A stretch of 64,000 bases of DNA from a virus. Below the pieces are notes generated by a model that searched no databases, had not been told where the DNA came from, and was given only the letters and a program-made list of their open reading frames with translations. The translations under genes were made by a program, and so were the position numbers. Shown here piece after piece: positions 28,515 through 38,920 of the stretch (its first letter is position 1; every line of letters begins with the position of its first letter). The stretch lies in IMG/VR virus record IMGVR_UViG_3300045988_097942; one strand, 5' to 3'.

Positions 28515-30854
28515 TTATAATTTAACCGCAGATGTTACATTTCCTTTAATCATTATATTACCCATACTAATTCTACTCAAAAGAGGAATATCCTTAGCTG
28601 AGATGCATATAGAGTTTGGTTTTCCAACTAACAATAAATTATCTTCATCATCAACCATTGCGGCGCCTACTACTAAACCTGTAACATCAGTAGGTTTATA
28701 CGCAACTACACCCTTACCTGCTCTCGCCTGATATGAAAACTCATCCATTGTACATTTCTTACTAAATCCCTTAGCTGTGAAGATTGCTACTGTATCAGTA
28801 TTTTTATGAATTGGAAGTCCTACTACAACTTCATCATCTTCCGCAAGCTTAATTGATTTAACACCTGATGTTACACGACCAATAGGATTAATATCGTCAG
28901 TTGGGAAGTGAATAGACATACCATTTTTTGTAATAATAATCATTTCTTCCTCATCAATAAATGTTACATTTGCTAAAGAATCTCCTTCTTTTAACTTAAT
29001 TGCCGCGATTCCTGTACTTCTTTTTACAGAAGTATACTCCTCTAAATAGGTCTTTTTAATAAGCCCTTGTTTAGTTACAAAAAGTACATATTGAGCATTT
29101 GTCTTTCTATGTAAAGAACTTACTGCAATAACTTTTTCATCATCATCCATAGTTAAAAGAGTTCCAATTCTAACGCCTTTAGAAACATTAGTTCCAACTG
29201 GTACATTATCAACCAACATTTTATACATTTTTCCTTTTGATGTAAATAACATCAAATTATCTATTGTATTTGTTGAGATAGTATCTAATATAGCATCATC
29301 TTCATTTTTAACACCTTTACCATTTCTCTTTTGTGTTTTAAATGAAGATTTAGGGATTCTTTTAATATCTCCAGACTGAGTAACAATTACAACTACATCC
29401 TCTGGAATTACCTCTTGAATTTCTTTCTCTTCTTTTGGAACTTCAATTTGAGCTAATTCTGTGCGGCGGTCATCACCAAACTTCGCCACAATATCTTCTA
29501 ATCTTGCTCTAATATCAGCTTCCTGTAAACTTCTATCACTAAGATGAAGTTCTAATTCAGCTATCTTAACAATAAGTTCTTTCTTTTCATTTTCAAGTTC
29601 TACTTTTTCCAATTTAGCTAACTTAGATAACTTCATATCCAAAATAGCTTTTGCTTGAATTTCTGACAACTTATACTTAGCTTGTAAGTTTACTGAAGCG
29701 ACAGCCGCGCTTTCTGAACTTTTTATTAACTGAATAACATTATCAATATCTTCCAAAGCAATCAACAAACCTTCAACTATATGAAGTCTTGCTTTTGCTT
29801 TTTCCAAATCAAATGTTAATTCCTTTTTTAAACAGTCAATATTATGTTCAACATATATTTTAATACAATCAACTAAATTTAATTCAGTTGGTGTCTTATC
29901 TATCAAAGCTACTTGATTGTAAGAAATAGAAGATTGTAAACAAGTCTTAGCAAATAATTTTCTCAATATTGCTTCTGGCGCACTATCTTTGTTACATTCA
30001 ATAACAAGTCTAAGACCTTTCTTATTACTTTCATCTCTTGCTTCTGAAATACCTTCAATTTCTTTCTTTTCACAAGCTTCAGCTATATCTTCCAAAATTC
30101 CTTCTATTGTTGTTCCATAAGGAATTTCATAAAATATAATATTCTGCTTTTCAATATTATATTTTCCGCGAACTTTCACACTTCCATGTCCAGTTTTCAT
30201 AATTCCTGGAATATCATTTTTATTTATAATTAATCCACCTGTTGGAAAATCTGGACCAGGTAAAGTTACTTCATTTCCATCCATATAATCATAGATAGCT
30301 TGAGCAACTTCTTTCAAGTTATGTGGTAACCAGTTACAAGCCATTGCTACACCAATACCTGTGTTTGGATTGCAAAGTAAATTTGGAAAGATAGCTGGTA
30401 ATGTTATAGGTTCATCTGTAGTTTCATCATAATTCAATGTAAACTCTACATTCTTTTTCTTCATTCCTGCTAATAAACCAACTTCAGCAATCTTAGCTAA
30501 TCTTGCTTCTGTGTAACGCATATGAGCAGGACCATCACCAATTATATTACCATTATTACCATGCCAGTCAATCAGTGGATATCTCATAACCCAATCTTGA
30601 GATAATCTTACCAAAGCTCCATAAATTGAACTATCTCCATGTGGGTGATACTCACCCATAACATCACCAACAATACGCGCCGCCTTAACATGAGGCTTTG
30701 CATATACTCTTCCTTTCTCAAAAGTAGACCAAAGTATACGTTTTGCAACAGGCTTTAGTCCACTTTTAGAATCTGGGATTGCACGGTCTGTATTTACAGC
30801 AACCGCATATTCTATAAAGTTAGTACCTAACTCTTGTTTAACATCATTCTGCAT
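28515..30854 (-). CDS. Type II topoisomerase subunit A (GyrA/ParC-like)
   Basis: AVAVNTDRAIPD...LKPVAKRILW active-site region. Start at MQNDV, which overlaps the gyrB-like stop by 11 nt. Confidence 0.8.
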   Translation of the reverse strand: MQNDVKQELGTNFIEYAVAVNTDRAIPDSKSGLKPVAKRILWSTFEKGRVYAKPHVKAARIVGDVMGEYHPHGDSSIYGALVRLSQDWVMRYPLIDWHGNNGNIIGDGPAHMRYTEARLAKIAEVGLLAGMKKKNVEFTLNYDETTDEPITLPAIFPNLLCNPNTGIGVAMACNWLPHNLKEVAQAIYDYMDGNEVTLPGPDFPTGGLIINKNDIPGIMKTGHGSVKVRGKYNIEKQNIIFYEIPYGTTIEGILEDIAEACEKKEIEGISEARDESNKKGLRLVIECNKDSAPEAILRKLFAKTCLQSSISYNQVALIDKTPTELNLVDCIKIYVEHNIDCLKKELTFDLEKAKARLHIVEGLLIALEDIDNVIQLIKSSESAAVASVNLQAKYKLSEIQAKAILDMKLSKLAKLEKVELENEKKELIVKIAELELHLSDRSLQEADIRARLEDIVAKFGDDRRTELAQIEVPKEEKEIQEVIPEDVVVIVTQSGDIKRIPKSSFKTQKRNGKGVKNEDDAILDTISTNTIDNLMLFTSKGKMYKMLVDNVPVGTNVSKGVRIGTLLTMDDDEKVIAVSSLHRKTNAQYVLFVTKQGLIKKTYLEEYTSVKRSTGIAAIKLKEGDSLANVTFIDEEEMIIITKNGMSIHFPTDDINPIGRVTSGVKSIKLAEDDEVVVGLPIHKNTDTVAIFTAKGFSKKCTMDEFSYQARAGKGVVAYKPTDVTGLVVGAAMVDDEDNLLLVGKPNSICISAKDIPLLSRISMGNIMIKGNVTSAVKL

Positions 30855-32754
30855 TGTATGTTGCCTCCTCGCTATGAGCCTTGATGTATGCTTTTCTTGC
30901 TGTAACACCAGTTCCCATTAGTTGGTCAAATAAAATGTTTGTTGTTTCAATATCTTCAACAGTTATTTGCTTAATAATACGATTCTTAGGATCTGTAAGT
31001 GTCTCTTCTGTTTCTTCAACACTCATTTCACCAAGACCTTTTAATCTATTAACAGAAAACTTTTTACCTTTATTTTCAATTTTATACTGCTCTAATGCTT
31101 CATCGTTCTTTAAATAAACATAACCTTTTGAAGTTGTAATTTTATAAAGAGGTGGAACACCAGCATAAATATATCCATCTATAATTAATTGCGGACAGAA
31201 ATTCCAGATGAAAGTATAGAACAAATTCTTAATATGAGCACCATCAACATCGGCATCAGACATAATAATAATTTTTCCATATCTTAAATCTTCAGGTTTA
31301 TAAGTTACACTCATTGTCTTAGAGTCAATAATCAAGCCAAATGCATCAATCATAGTCATAATTTCCGCATTTTTCTGTATCTGCGCAAGAGTTGCTTTTT
31401 GAGTATTTAATATTTTACCTCTTACTGGCATAACCGCCTGAGTTAAATTATTACGTGCCATCTTTAAATTACCAGATGCGCTATCTCCCTCAGTGATGTA
31501 AATTTCACATTCTTTACGATTTTTACTATTGCAATCAGCTAATTTACTATCAAACTTAACTACTTTTTCTTTCTTTTTCTTTTGAGTTTCACGAACAGCT
31601 TCTCTAGCTTTCTTCGCTGCATCTCTAGCCTTACGAGCGCTAATGGCTTTATCTGCAATTTCTTTTAGCTCTTTTTCATTGTTCATGAACCAAATTTGAA
31701 GATTTTCAGATAACGCTTGAACAAATGGTTTAATATCTATCTTTGTGATACGACTCTTTACTTGTGCATCATAAGATACATTTGGTGCAGTCATATTAAA
31801 TACAAGATACATTCCCTCTTGAATATCATCACCAGTTAAGTTTTCATCTTTTTCTTTCAACCATTTCTTCTCTCTGAAGAACTTATTAAACTCTCTTGTT
31901 AAAACTGTCTTTAACTGAGTAATGTGCGGACCTGACTCTGTAAGACCTGTATTTACATATGGAACAATAGTAGATGAATAATTAGATGTATAAGTCATAA
32001 CTAAATCCATCTTATTCTTTCCATCAACGAAGTTAATATTGAAACGATTCTTAATAATTTCCTTCGCGGCAACCGCCTTATCTACTAAATCATTTAATCC
32101 ATGCTCTGATTTATAAATAATTTCTGTTCCATTATCATTAAGTATAATACTTAAACCTGGACATAAACATGAGATAGTCTCAAATAAAGGCTTAATTACT
32201 TTCATGTCAACTTCTGTATGAGTAAAAAATTCCTCACTTGGCTTCCATGTTACACAAGTTCCACTATCTTTCTTAGGATAATCTTCAACTTTTCTTGTAT
32301 CAAAAACGCCTTCTTTAAAGTCTATCTGTTCAGTCTTTCCATCTCTCCAAGTTACAGCTTTTAACCAATGAGATAAGAAAGTTGTAATTTTTGAACCAAT
32401 ACCAAAAGAACCTAATGATGTTCCTTCATAGGTTCCATCTTCACGATATTTACCTGATGTATTAAGAACACTAAATGCAGCTTCTAATATTGTTTTTCCA
32501 TCTTCTCTAAATGAATTAGGAATAAAACCTTGCCCATAATCTCGTACACTTATTACATCTTTATTTACTATTACTTCAATTTTGTTACCATGACCTAATC
32601 TAAATTCATCAACTGCATTTGACACTATTTCTACTAATAATTGTGTAGAATAGGTAGTATCACCAGCATATACTCCTGGACGGAGTCTTGTAAACTCCAG
32701 AGGACTTAATGATTCGATTGAGTCTTCAGTATATAGCTTATTGTTTTCGCTCAT
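30844..32754 (-). CDS. Type II topoisomerase subunit B (GyrB/ParE-like: ATPase plus TOPRIM)
   Basis: LEFTRLRPGVYAGDT and EGDSASG. Confidence 0.8.
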   Translation of the reverse strand: MSENNKLYTEDSIESLSPLEFTRLRPGVYAGDTTYSTQLLVEIVSNAVDEFRLGHGNKIEVIVNKDVISVRDYGQGFIPNSFREDGKTILEAAFSVLNTSGKYREDGTYEGTSLGSFGIGSKITTFLSHWLKAVTWRDGKTEQIDFKEGVFDTRKVEDYPKKDSGTCVTWKPSEEFFTHTEVDMKVIKPLFETISCLCPGLSIILNDNGTEIIYKSEHGLNDLVDKAVAAKEIIKNRFNINFVDGKNKMDLVMTYTSNYSSTIVPYVNTGLTESGPHITQLKTVLTREFNKFFREKKWLKEKDENLTGDDIQEGMYLVFNMTAPNVSYDAQVKSRITKIDIKPFVQALSENLQIWFMNNEKELKEIADKAISARKARDAAKKAREAVRETQKKKKEKVVKFDSKLADCNSKNRKECEIYITEGDSASGNLKMARNNLTQAVMPVRGKILNTQKATLAQIQKNAEIMTMIDAFGLIIDSKTMSVTYKPEDLRYGKIIIMSDADVDGAHIKNLFYTFIWNFCPQLIIDGYIYAGVPPLYKITTSKGYVYLKNDEALEQYKIENKGKKFSVNRLKGLGEMSVEETEETLTDPKNRIIKQITVEDIETTNILFDQLMGTGVTARKAYIKAHSEEATYNAE

Positions 32755-32808
32755 CTATCATACTCCTTATTCTTTTTCTTTATTTATTTATATTATAACA
32801 TATTTTAT

Positions 32809-33291
32809 TTATGTTATCAACTTCATGCCCTTTTCTTCAATAATTTTGTTAAATTTAATTATATTATTAGTAGCAAGAGCATCCGCGAGTTCATTTTCTG
32901 TAACATTAGCATGGCCAGTAGTTTTTACAACTTGACAATTAAAAAAATCTTTGCTAAGATATTTATAAAGAGATTTGACTAAATCAATATTCTCAACTCT
33001 CTTATTTTTACTATTTATCCAGTTATTTTTTGCCCAAGTAAAAATCCAATTATTACACATATTAACTACATAAGCAGAGTCACTATGTATAATACAATTT
33101 TGATTTGGGTATAAGTTTTCCGCGATTTCAAAAGCATGTAAAACCGCTTTCATTTCAGCTTGATTATTTGTTATTTTTTGCTCTTGTTTGTTATATTTAT
33201 AAACTACTTTATTATCATTTATTATAACTACACCGTATCCTCCTGGACCAGGATTACCACGACTACTTCCATCTGTCCAAATATGTATCAT
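32809..33291 (-). CDS. rnhA: Ribonuclease HI
   Basis: MIHIWTDGSSRGNPGPGGYGVVI. Confidence 0.85.
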   Translation of the reverse strand: MIHIWTDGSSRGNPGPGGYGVVIINDNKVVYKYNKQEQKITNNQAEMKAVLHAFEIAENLYPNQNCIIHSDSAYVVNMCNNWIFTWAKNNWINSKNKRVENIDLVKSLYKYLSKDFFNCQVVKTTGHANVTENELADALATNNIIKFNKIIEEKGMKLIT

Positions 33292-33857
33292 TCTTTCATC
33301 TCCTCAATACTATTATAAACAAGCTGAAGTCTTTGTTTACTTAATATATGTTGTATTTTACTTTTATCATTATTATTACATAGTCTTAAATCATCTAAAA
33401 TATGATTAATAAATCTTTGTGTTTTAGGATGCATTGCTATTGGTTTACTAATTTTATTTAACCACCACTGCCATTCACCCTCAAATGTAAAATTATTGCC
33501 CATATAAGCTTGACCTGCTCCAAGATAATCACATAACATTTCACAAACATCTTTAAAAGGCATTCTTAATGGAGTTCCACCATTATCAAAGTTATCTTGC
33601 CAATATTCATAATGATGTCGATTGCGTCCTTTATGATGCAACCATGCTTTTGAATATCCATTAACTTCTTTACAAGCATCTATTGGACTGCGGGTTCCTT
33701 GATAATATTTAACACTTTCAATAAATTCTGTTGGAGAAAATTTAGATAAATCATGCAAAATTCCTCTTAAAGGGATTCCCGCGATAAAACAATATTTTCC
33801 AACATAATATTTATGTTTACAAATTGTTTTAAAATGTTTTAAAGCTTTATTTTTCAT
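33288..33857 (-). CDS. HD-domain phosphohydrolase
   Basis: GILHDLSKF HD motif. Confidence 0.45.
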   Translation of the reverse strand: MKNKALKHFKTICKHKYYVGKYCFIAGIPLRGILHDLSKFSPTEFIESVKYYQGTRSPIDACKEVNGYSKAWLHHKGRNRHHYEYWQDNFDNGGTPLRMPFKDVCEMLCDYLGAGQAYMGNNFTFEGEWQWWLNKISKPIAMHPKTQRFINHILDDLRLCNNNDKSKIQHILSKQRLQLVYNSIEEMKE

Positions 33858-34095
33858 CTCTTTTAATCACTCCTAATTCTATTCCATCAAACATAAGTAA
33901 AATATTATTACGAGGAAATGCTTTTTCAACTTGATTAAATAAAGCTTGTGCTTCATTTATATCCCATTTTTCACTATTTACATACATGACTAAAGTATCT
34001 CCTTCTGATAATGTTAGGTTATTATATTCTTTTAATTTTGGAATAATATTTACTTCTAATGAAGTTTTATTTTCTGTGTTTATTGGTTTGACCAT
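33847..34095 (-). CDS. Hypothetical protein
   Basis: ORF in an operon. Confidence 0.35.
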   Translation of the reverse strand: MVKPINTENKTSLEVNIIPKLKEYNNLTLSEGDTLVMYVNSEKWDINEAQALFNQVEKAFPRNNILLMFDGIELGVIKRDEK

Positions 34096-34209
34096 TAAAC
34101 TTTAATTCCTTTCTATTTATGAACTATGTTATTTTTTATTCTAACTTTAGAATAATATAATTTTTGAAGAAAGTCAAACCAGTCTCTAAAATCGTTAGTT
34201 AAAATAGAC

Positions 34210-34245
34210 AAAAAAAGAGCGAGTAGCAAATTGCTACTCGCTTAA
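34210..34245 (-). terminator. Rho-independent terminator after the endolysin gene
   Basis: agcgagtagcaa/ttgctactcgct perfect 12-bp palindrome plus a U-run. Confidence 0.75.
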
Positions 34246-34247
34246 AA

Positions 34248-35804
34248 TTAAACTCTTTTAGTATAGTCGAGACAAATCCATCCAGCACCAGATTTCAATT
34301 TACCCCAATTTCCTTGAGTTTCTATTATAGTGTAAGTGCCTTTATTAGTAATAGTTCCGTTAGTTCCATAATTAGTTCCAGGACCTTTTCTAATATTAAG
34401 AGCATTAGCAGTTACTTTTACTAAATAAGATGCGGCAGTTGCAGTTGAAGACGCTGTAGAGTTAGTTGAAGATGCTGTAGAGCTACTTCCCGCGATTGTT
34501 TTTCCTATTGTTACATAAGAAGCATTTTCAAGATAAATCCATCCAGCTCCTGATTTTAATTTACCCCATCCATTAGATACTTCAGAAATAGTAAAAATAC
34601 CTTTTCCAGTTGTACCTTTAATAGCTCCACTCATAGAAGGTTGACTTCTATAGTTTAAATCAGAAACTAATACTGTTACTGTAAATGGAACGCTAGGGAA
34701 AGTTTTATTAGTTGCGGCTGCGCTTGAAGAACTACTAGTTTGAGTAGTAGTAGAAGTAGAGTTGTTATTTCCGCCTAGTGCAGCAGTAACTTTAGAAGCT
34801 AAATCTCCCATTCTTGAATACATCCAATCACCTGGACAACTTTTATTAGCAAACCAACGATGTACTGTTAAAAGCATTTCATTTGATTTTGGAGTATAAT
34901 TAGCAGTCTTAGTTTTATCTCCAAGCCAAAGTAATTTAGTTTTTCCATTTCTTTTGCAAATATCAATACATAATGTAATTAATTTATTATAAACAACATC
35001 ATTAAACGCATAAGGTGATGTTGTATCAGAAGCACATTCAATAGTGACTGCTCTTTGATCATTAGAAGCGCTACTTGAACACCAGCTTCTATTAGATTCA
35101 TCTACTACTAATATTACACGTCCATCTTTGCCAATACCATAATTACAACTTGCTTGTCTACTAGAGCTTGTAAAACAATTTCCAATAGCTTCAGCGGTTA
35201 ATTGACCTACTACACAGTGAGGAGTAATAGTATCAATCGTATGAGTTCTTGTTCCACTATGATTCGGACTTTTTACTGTACAATTTACTAATGAACTATT
35301 TGTATATCCCATATTATTCTCCTTTTTTTCTATATTATCATATTGAGTTAAATTCCAGGTTTTAATTACAGACATATTATTATTAACATATTGTAATGAT
35401 GTTGCATATCCATCATTTTTAATATTTGTTAAATATTGCTCTGCATCTGTTATATTTTTTAAATTATTATATCTAGTAACTCCAGTTCTACCAAATAAAA
35501 ATTTAAAATAGCCTTCGACTCCCTTTTCAAGAGAAGAGAAACTACACCATTTCATAGTTGAGCTGGTATAAGAACCATCTGCATTCTGCTCAGAGCCTAC
35601 TTTAATATATTCCTTATTTTTACTTACTGTACTTGAATATTTTAAACCAAAATAATTATGTGCTTTTGTAGCTAATTCAGAAGTTCCATATGCGGATTCT
35701 AAACAGGCTTGTGCGATAATAGGTGAATATACTTTTATATCATATAAAGGAGCGTATTTTTGGACATACTTAGCAACTTGAGTAATAAACTCTTGTTTTG
35801 TCAT
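34248..35804 (-). CDS. Multidomain endolysin: glucosaminidase, amidase_2 (PGRP-type) and two SH3b domains
   Basis: N-terminus AQACLESAYGTSELATKAHNYFGLKY (LytD/FlgJ-like). Central domain has H...CPGDWM, an amidase_2 signature. Two C-terminal GWGKLKSGAGWI repeats are SH3b cell-wall-binding domains. Confidence 0.85.
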   Translation of the reverse strand: MTKQEFITQVAKYVQKYAPLYDIKVYSPIIAQACLESAYGTSELATKAHNYFGLKYSSTVSKNKEYIKVGSEQNADGSYTSSTMKWCSFSSLEKGVEGYFKFLFGRTGVTRYNNLKNITDAEQYLTNIKNDGYATSLQYVNNNMSVIKTWNLTQYDNIEKKENNMGYTNSSLVNCTVKSPNHSGTRTHTIDTITPHCVVGQLTAEAIGNCFTSSSRQASCNYGIGKDGRVILVVDESNRSWCSSSASNDQRAVTIECASDTTSPYAFNDVVYNKLITLCIDICKRNGKTKLLWLGDKTKTANYTPKSNEMLLTVHRWFANKSCPGDWMYSRMGDLASKVTAALGGNNNSTSTTTQTSSSSSAAATNKTFPSVPFTVTVLVSDLNYRSQPSMSGAIKGTTGKGIFTISEVSNGWGKLKSGAGWIYLENASYVTIGKTIAGSSSTASSTNSTASSTATAASYLVKVTANALNIRKGPGTNYGTNGTITNKGTYTIIETQGNWGKLKSGAGWICLDYTKRV

Positions 35805-35811
35805 GTCTTAT

Positions 35812-36159
35812 TTACTCTCCTTTTACATAAATTTTTAAATTTTCATTTTGTTCTAATAATTCTCTAAATTTAGTTAAAACCTCATCAACTAATATACTAA
35901 ATTGTTCAAAAGCAATAGTTTTAGCTAACCAAGGAAATTTAGCAACAAACATATCATATACATAACGAAGTTTAATTTGTCCTGTGCCAGAACCTAATTC
36001 TTTTTCAGCTTCAGTTACAGCATATAATAACCATTCTTTTACTTTTGTAATTTGCTCACTTGTTGGGCGTTTAATAAAAGCATAAATGCAATATCCGCCA
36101 ACTACAAGAACAGCAATGGCGGCAACTAAGAGATACCAATAATTAACTAAAAATTCCAT
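35812..36159 (-). CDS. Putative holin (LL-H/phiLC3-like)
   Basis: N-terminal TM helix followed by a soluble tail, located next to the endolysin. Confidence 0.5.
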   Translation of the reverse strand: MEFLVNYWYLLVAAIAVLVVGGYCIYAFIKRPTSEQITKVKEWLLYAVTEAEKELGSGTGQIKLRYVYDMFVAKFPWLAKTIAFEQFSILVDEVLTKFRELLEQNENLKIYVKGE

Positions 36160-36174
36160 ATGTATATCCTCCTT

Positions 36175-36585
36175 TTATCCTACGGATTCGTTATTATTGT
36201 TATTTAGAGCAGAATCATAAACAATTCCGCCCACTGTATTTTCTTTTGTAGACTTAACTGCATACACAGCAAATCCAAAAACTTCTCCTACTATTGTACC
36301 TATTAGAGTAACAAGAGGAGTAAAGTCTGGGGCAAGCCCAGTTTGTAGTGCTAATTGAATACTTTGGATGGTAGCCCATCCAGTAAATAATTCAACCATA
36401 GTGCAATTTATAAATAAAAAAAGAATAAGTAACTTAGTTGTTGTTAGTTTAGATTTATCTTTTAAACTATTTCTTAACTTTGCCTTATCTTTCTCTATTT
36501 TTATTTTTCTTTTAAGTAATTGTTTATTTTTTGCCCAATCTTTTTCCTCTTGGACAAGTTTCTCTTCATCTAACATTTTAATCAC
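36175..36585 (-). CDS. Hypothetical membrane protein, possibly a second holin or spanin
   Basis: K-rich coiled-coil N-terminus plus two TM segments. Confidence 0.35.
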   Translation of the reverse strand: MIKMLDEEKLVQEEKDWAKNKQLLKRKIKIEKDKAKLRNSLKDKSKLTTTKLLILFLFINCTMVELFTGWATIQSIQLALQTGLAPDFTPLVTLIGTIVGEVFGFAVYAVKSTKENTVGGIVYDSALNNNNNESVG

Positions 36586-36711
36586 CTCGAAATTAAAAAG
36601 AATCCACGCTATTTTTAGCGTGAGTTCTATATTATAAAAATTGGTTTAAAAATTACCAAAATGCATTTTTGGTTTCAAAAGTCGACAGTAAGCGTCCCGA
36701 GCAGACTATTA

Positions 36712-37944
36712 TTACATCATTTGCGCTAACTGAGCAATTCTACTTCTATATATATTTACTAATGCAACTTCTCCATATACTTTATCGCTTCTAAAGATTT
36801 CTGATACTCGTCTCATACCATTATTATTACCAGCATATATTGATAAATCAACTTGAGCATCACTATCTCCATCTAAGATACAGATTGAATCTTCTCCAAT
36901 TCTTTGAAGAGCTAATCTCATTAGTTCAATATCTAAATTTTGTGCTTCAGTAATGTAGATACCTGCTTTTAAACCTGTAGTATCATATCCACGAATATCA
37001 GACATTGGTAATAAATCTATTTTACCTTCATATATTAAACGTTCTACTTCAGCTCTATCACCAAGCTTACTTGATAAGAAGTTACCTATTTGAGAATCAA
37101 GTAATTTTTCTGTGCGGGAACCTGGATAATATCCTAATTTAGCTGAACCAGAAGTTGCTACAGTATTACAAAAAATAATTATTTTATCAATATCTCCTTT
37201 TTCTAATAAAGAAAATAAGTATCCTATAGCTAGATATGATTTTCCTGTGCCTGCACATCCGCGAATCATAGTTATCTTGTTATTATGTAAACTATCCATT
37301 GCTATTGTTTGATAAGCATCTTTTGGCTTTATTTTTCCAAACATTTTGCTATTGAAAGCAATAAATGGCACTTGCTTAAAACCATCTTCTGTATATTTAT
37401 ATTTATCAATAATTTCTCCTTCTTTATTTTTAATTAGAAGGTATTCATTAATATTTATATCCCAATCAATAGCTGGATTAAATAAATCTGAATAAATTTG
37501 TGCAATTTTTTCTTCTGTATCACAAGTTACTACTCTATATCCAGAATAATTTTGCTCAGTTAATTTAATATATTCAACTTTTAATCCCATTAAACTAGCT
37601 AAATGTTTGCAACACAAATCTTCAGTTACAAAAGTAATAGGATTATCATTAGAATTGCTTTTTAATGCACTTATAATAATTCTACTATCATCTGTCATAG
37701 GAAGAATAGCTGAATTTTTAATATCTTCATCCCAGTCTTGGAGATAAGTAATAATATCATATTCTCCTTCATGCTCATCTAAAAGATGTAATAGTCTTCG
37801 AGCACGAAACTTTATTTCTGGGTCTTTATTAGCAGAGGTTTTGATATTTTCCAATTCTCTAAATGTAATTGTACTTACTTCAAAACGTTCATTAAATGCC
37901 TCATGTAGTTTATTCAATAGAGCACAAGTGTCGTAAAAAATCAT
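36712..37944 (-). CDS. PhoH-like ATPase with an N-terminal PIN domain
   Basis: PIN acidic residues (MIFYDTCALL) and Walker A GCAGTGKSY. Confidence 0.8.
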   Translation of the reverse strand: MIFYDTCALLNKLHEAFNERFEVSTITFRELENIKTSANKDPEIKFRARRLLHLLDEHEGEYDIITYLQDWDEDIKNSAILPMTDDSRIIISALKSNSNDNPITFVTEDLCCKHLASLMGLKVEYIKLTEQNYSGYRVVTCDTEEKIAQIYSDLFNPAIDWDININEYLLIKNKEGEIIDKYKYTEDGFKQVPFIAFNSKMFGKIKPKDAYQTIAMDSLHNNKITMIRGCAGTGKSYLAIGYLFSLLEKGDIDKIIIFCNTVATSGSAKLGYYPGSRTEKLLDSQIGNFLSSKLGDRAEVERLIYEGKIDLLPMSDIRGYDTTGLKAGIYITEAQNLDIELMRLALQRIGEDSICILDGDSDAQVDLSIYAGNNNGMRRVSEIFRSDKVYGEVALVNIYRSRIAQLAQMM

Positions 37945-38086
37945 ATATTTTTACTTCCTTTCTTATTCTGTTCATTTGAATTTAAAAAATAGGACATATT
38001 GATTAACTATTTTTACCCTATTTATATAATTATAACATATTTTTTATTAAAAATAAAATAGACCTTGCTTTAGCAAGGTCTACATA

Positions 38087-38368
38087 TTAATCGTTTTTAC
38101 GATTGACTGTGGTATTCTTAAAGAAGCTACCAATTACACCAAGAGTTCCGCACATAAGAGGCAAAGACTCTTTTGCAATATTAAAACCAAGTAATCCTAA
38201 GCCTTGAATCATTGTGTCACCAAAAGTTACTTTAATTATCCATCCTGTTATCCAACCGCAACAGAATCCAATGAATGGGGACACCAGAATAAGAAGAATT
38301 GCAAGAACAATCACTCCAAAGCATCCAAGTGCGGCTACTGTATCATCATTTTTATTATAATTATACAT
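38087..38368 (-). CDS. Small membrane protein
   Basis: Two predicted TM helices. Confidence 0.35.
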   Translation of the reverse strand: MYNYNKNDDTVAALGCFGVIVLAILLILVSPFIGFCCGWITGWIIKVTFGDTMIQGLGLLGFNIAKESLPLMCGTLGVIGSFFKNTTVNRKND

Positions 38369-38920
38369 TTATTCGTCTCTTAACTTCTTTATTTCTACTA
38401 TAAGGTCTTCAAGATTTACTGGGCTACAGTCATGAGAATCTACACCAACATGATACATATAAGTGCGGATTCCTGATTCATCAGAAAAGAAATTTGTTTG
38501 CTGATGAGTGTGACCATACAGTCCAAGTACGCGATTATTATTTCCGTTAGCTGTGATAGTCGGATAGTGGGTACATACGAAAGTGTGTTTACCCATTTTA
38601 ATTCGGTATCCCATCTGGATATCCTTGAAAAAGTGATTAGTTGCATATGCCTTAAGTCTAGCATCAGTATCATGATTACCAAAAGCAAGATACTTTTCAC
38701 CTTTTAGTTTATTAACTAAGCGGAGTCCCGCCTGAAGGTCTGCTCCCAACATTACATCGCCAAGATGATAAACAATGTCTCCATCCTTAATAGTCTCATT
38801 CCACTTAGTGAGGATTGCTTCATTCATATCCTGTACATTCTGAAAACCACGCGGCTTCCAAAGGAAATCTTTGTCATGGTTAAAGTGAGTATCACTTGTT
38901 AGCCAAATTGTTCTATCCAT
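38369..38920 (-). CDS. Calcineurin-like metallophosphoesterase; likely the polynucleotide 3'-phosphatase partner of the adjacent kinase
   Basis: MPP motifs DTHFNH, GDVM, GNHD and GHTH. Shares a stop/start junction with the pnk-like gene. Confidence 0.6.
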   Translation of the reverse strand: MDRTIWLTSDTHFNHDKDFLWKPRGFQNVQDMNEAILTKWNETIKDGDIVYHLGDVMLGADLQAGLRLVNKLKGEKYLAFGNHDTDARLKAYATNHFFKDIQMGYRIKMGKHTFVCTHYPTITANGNNNRVLGLYGHTHQQTNFFSDESGIRTYMYHVGVDSHDCSPVNLEDLIVEIKKLRDE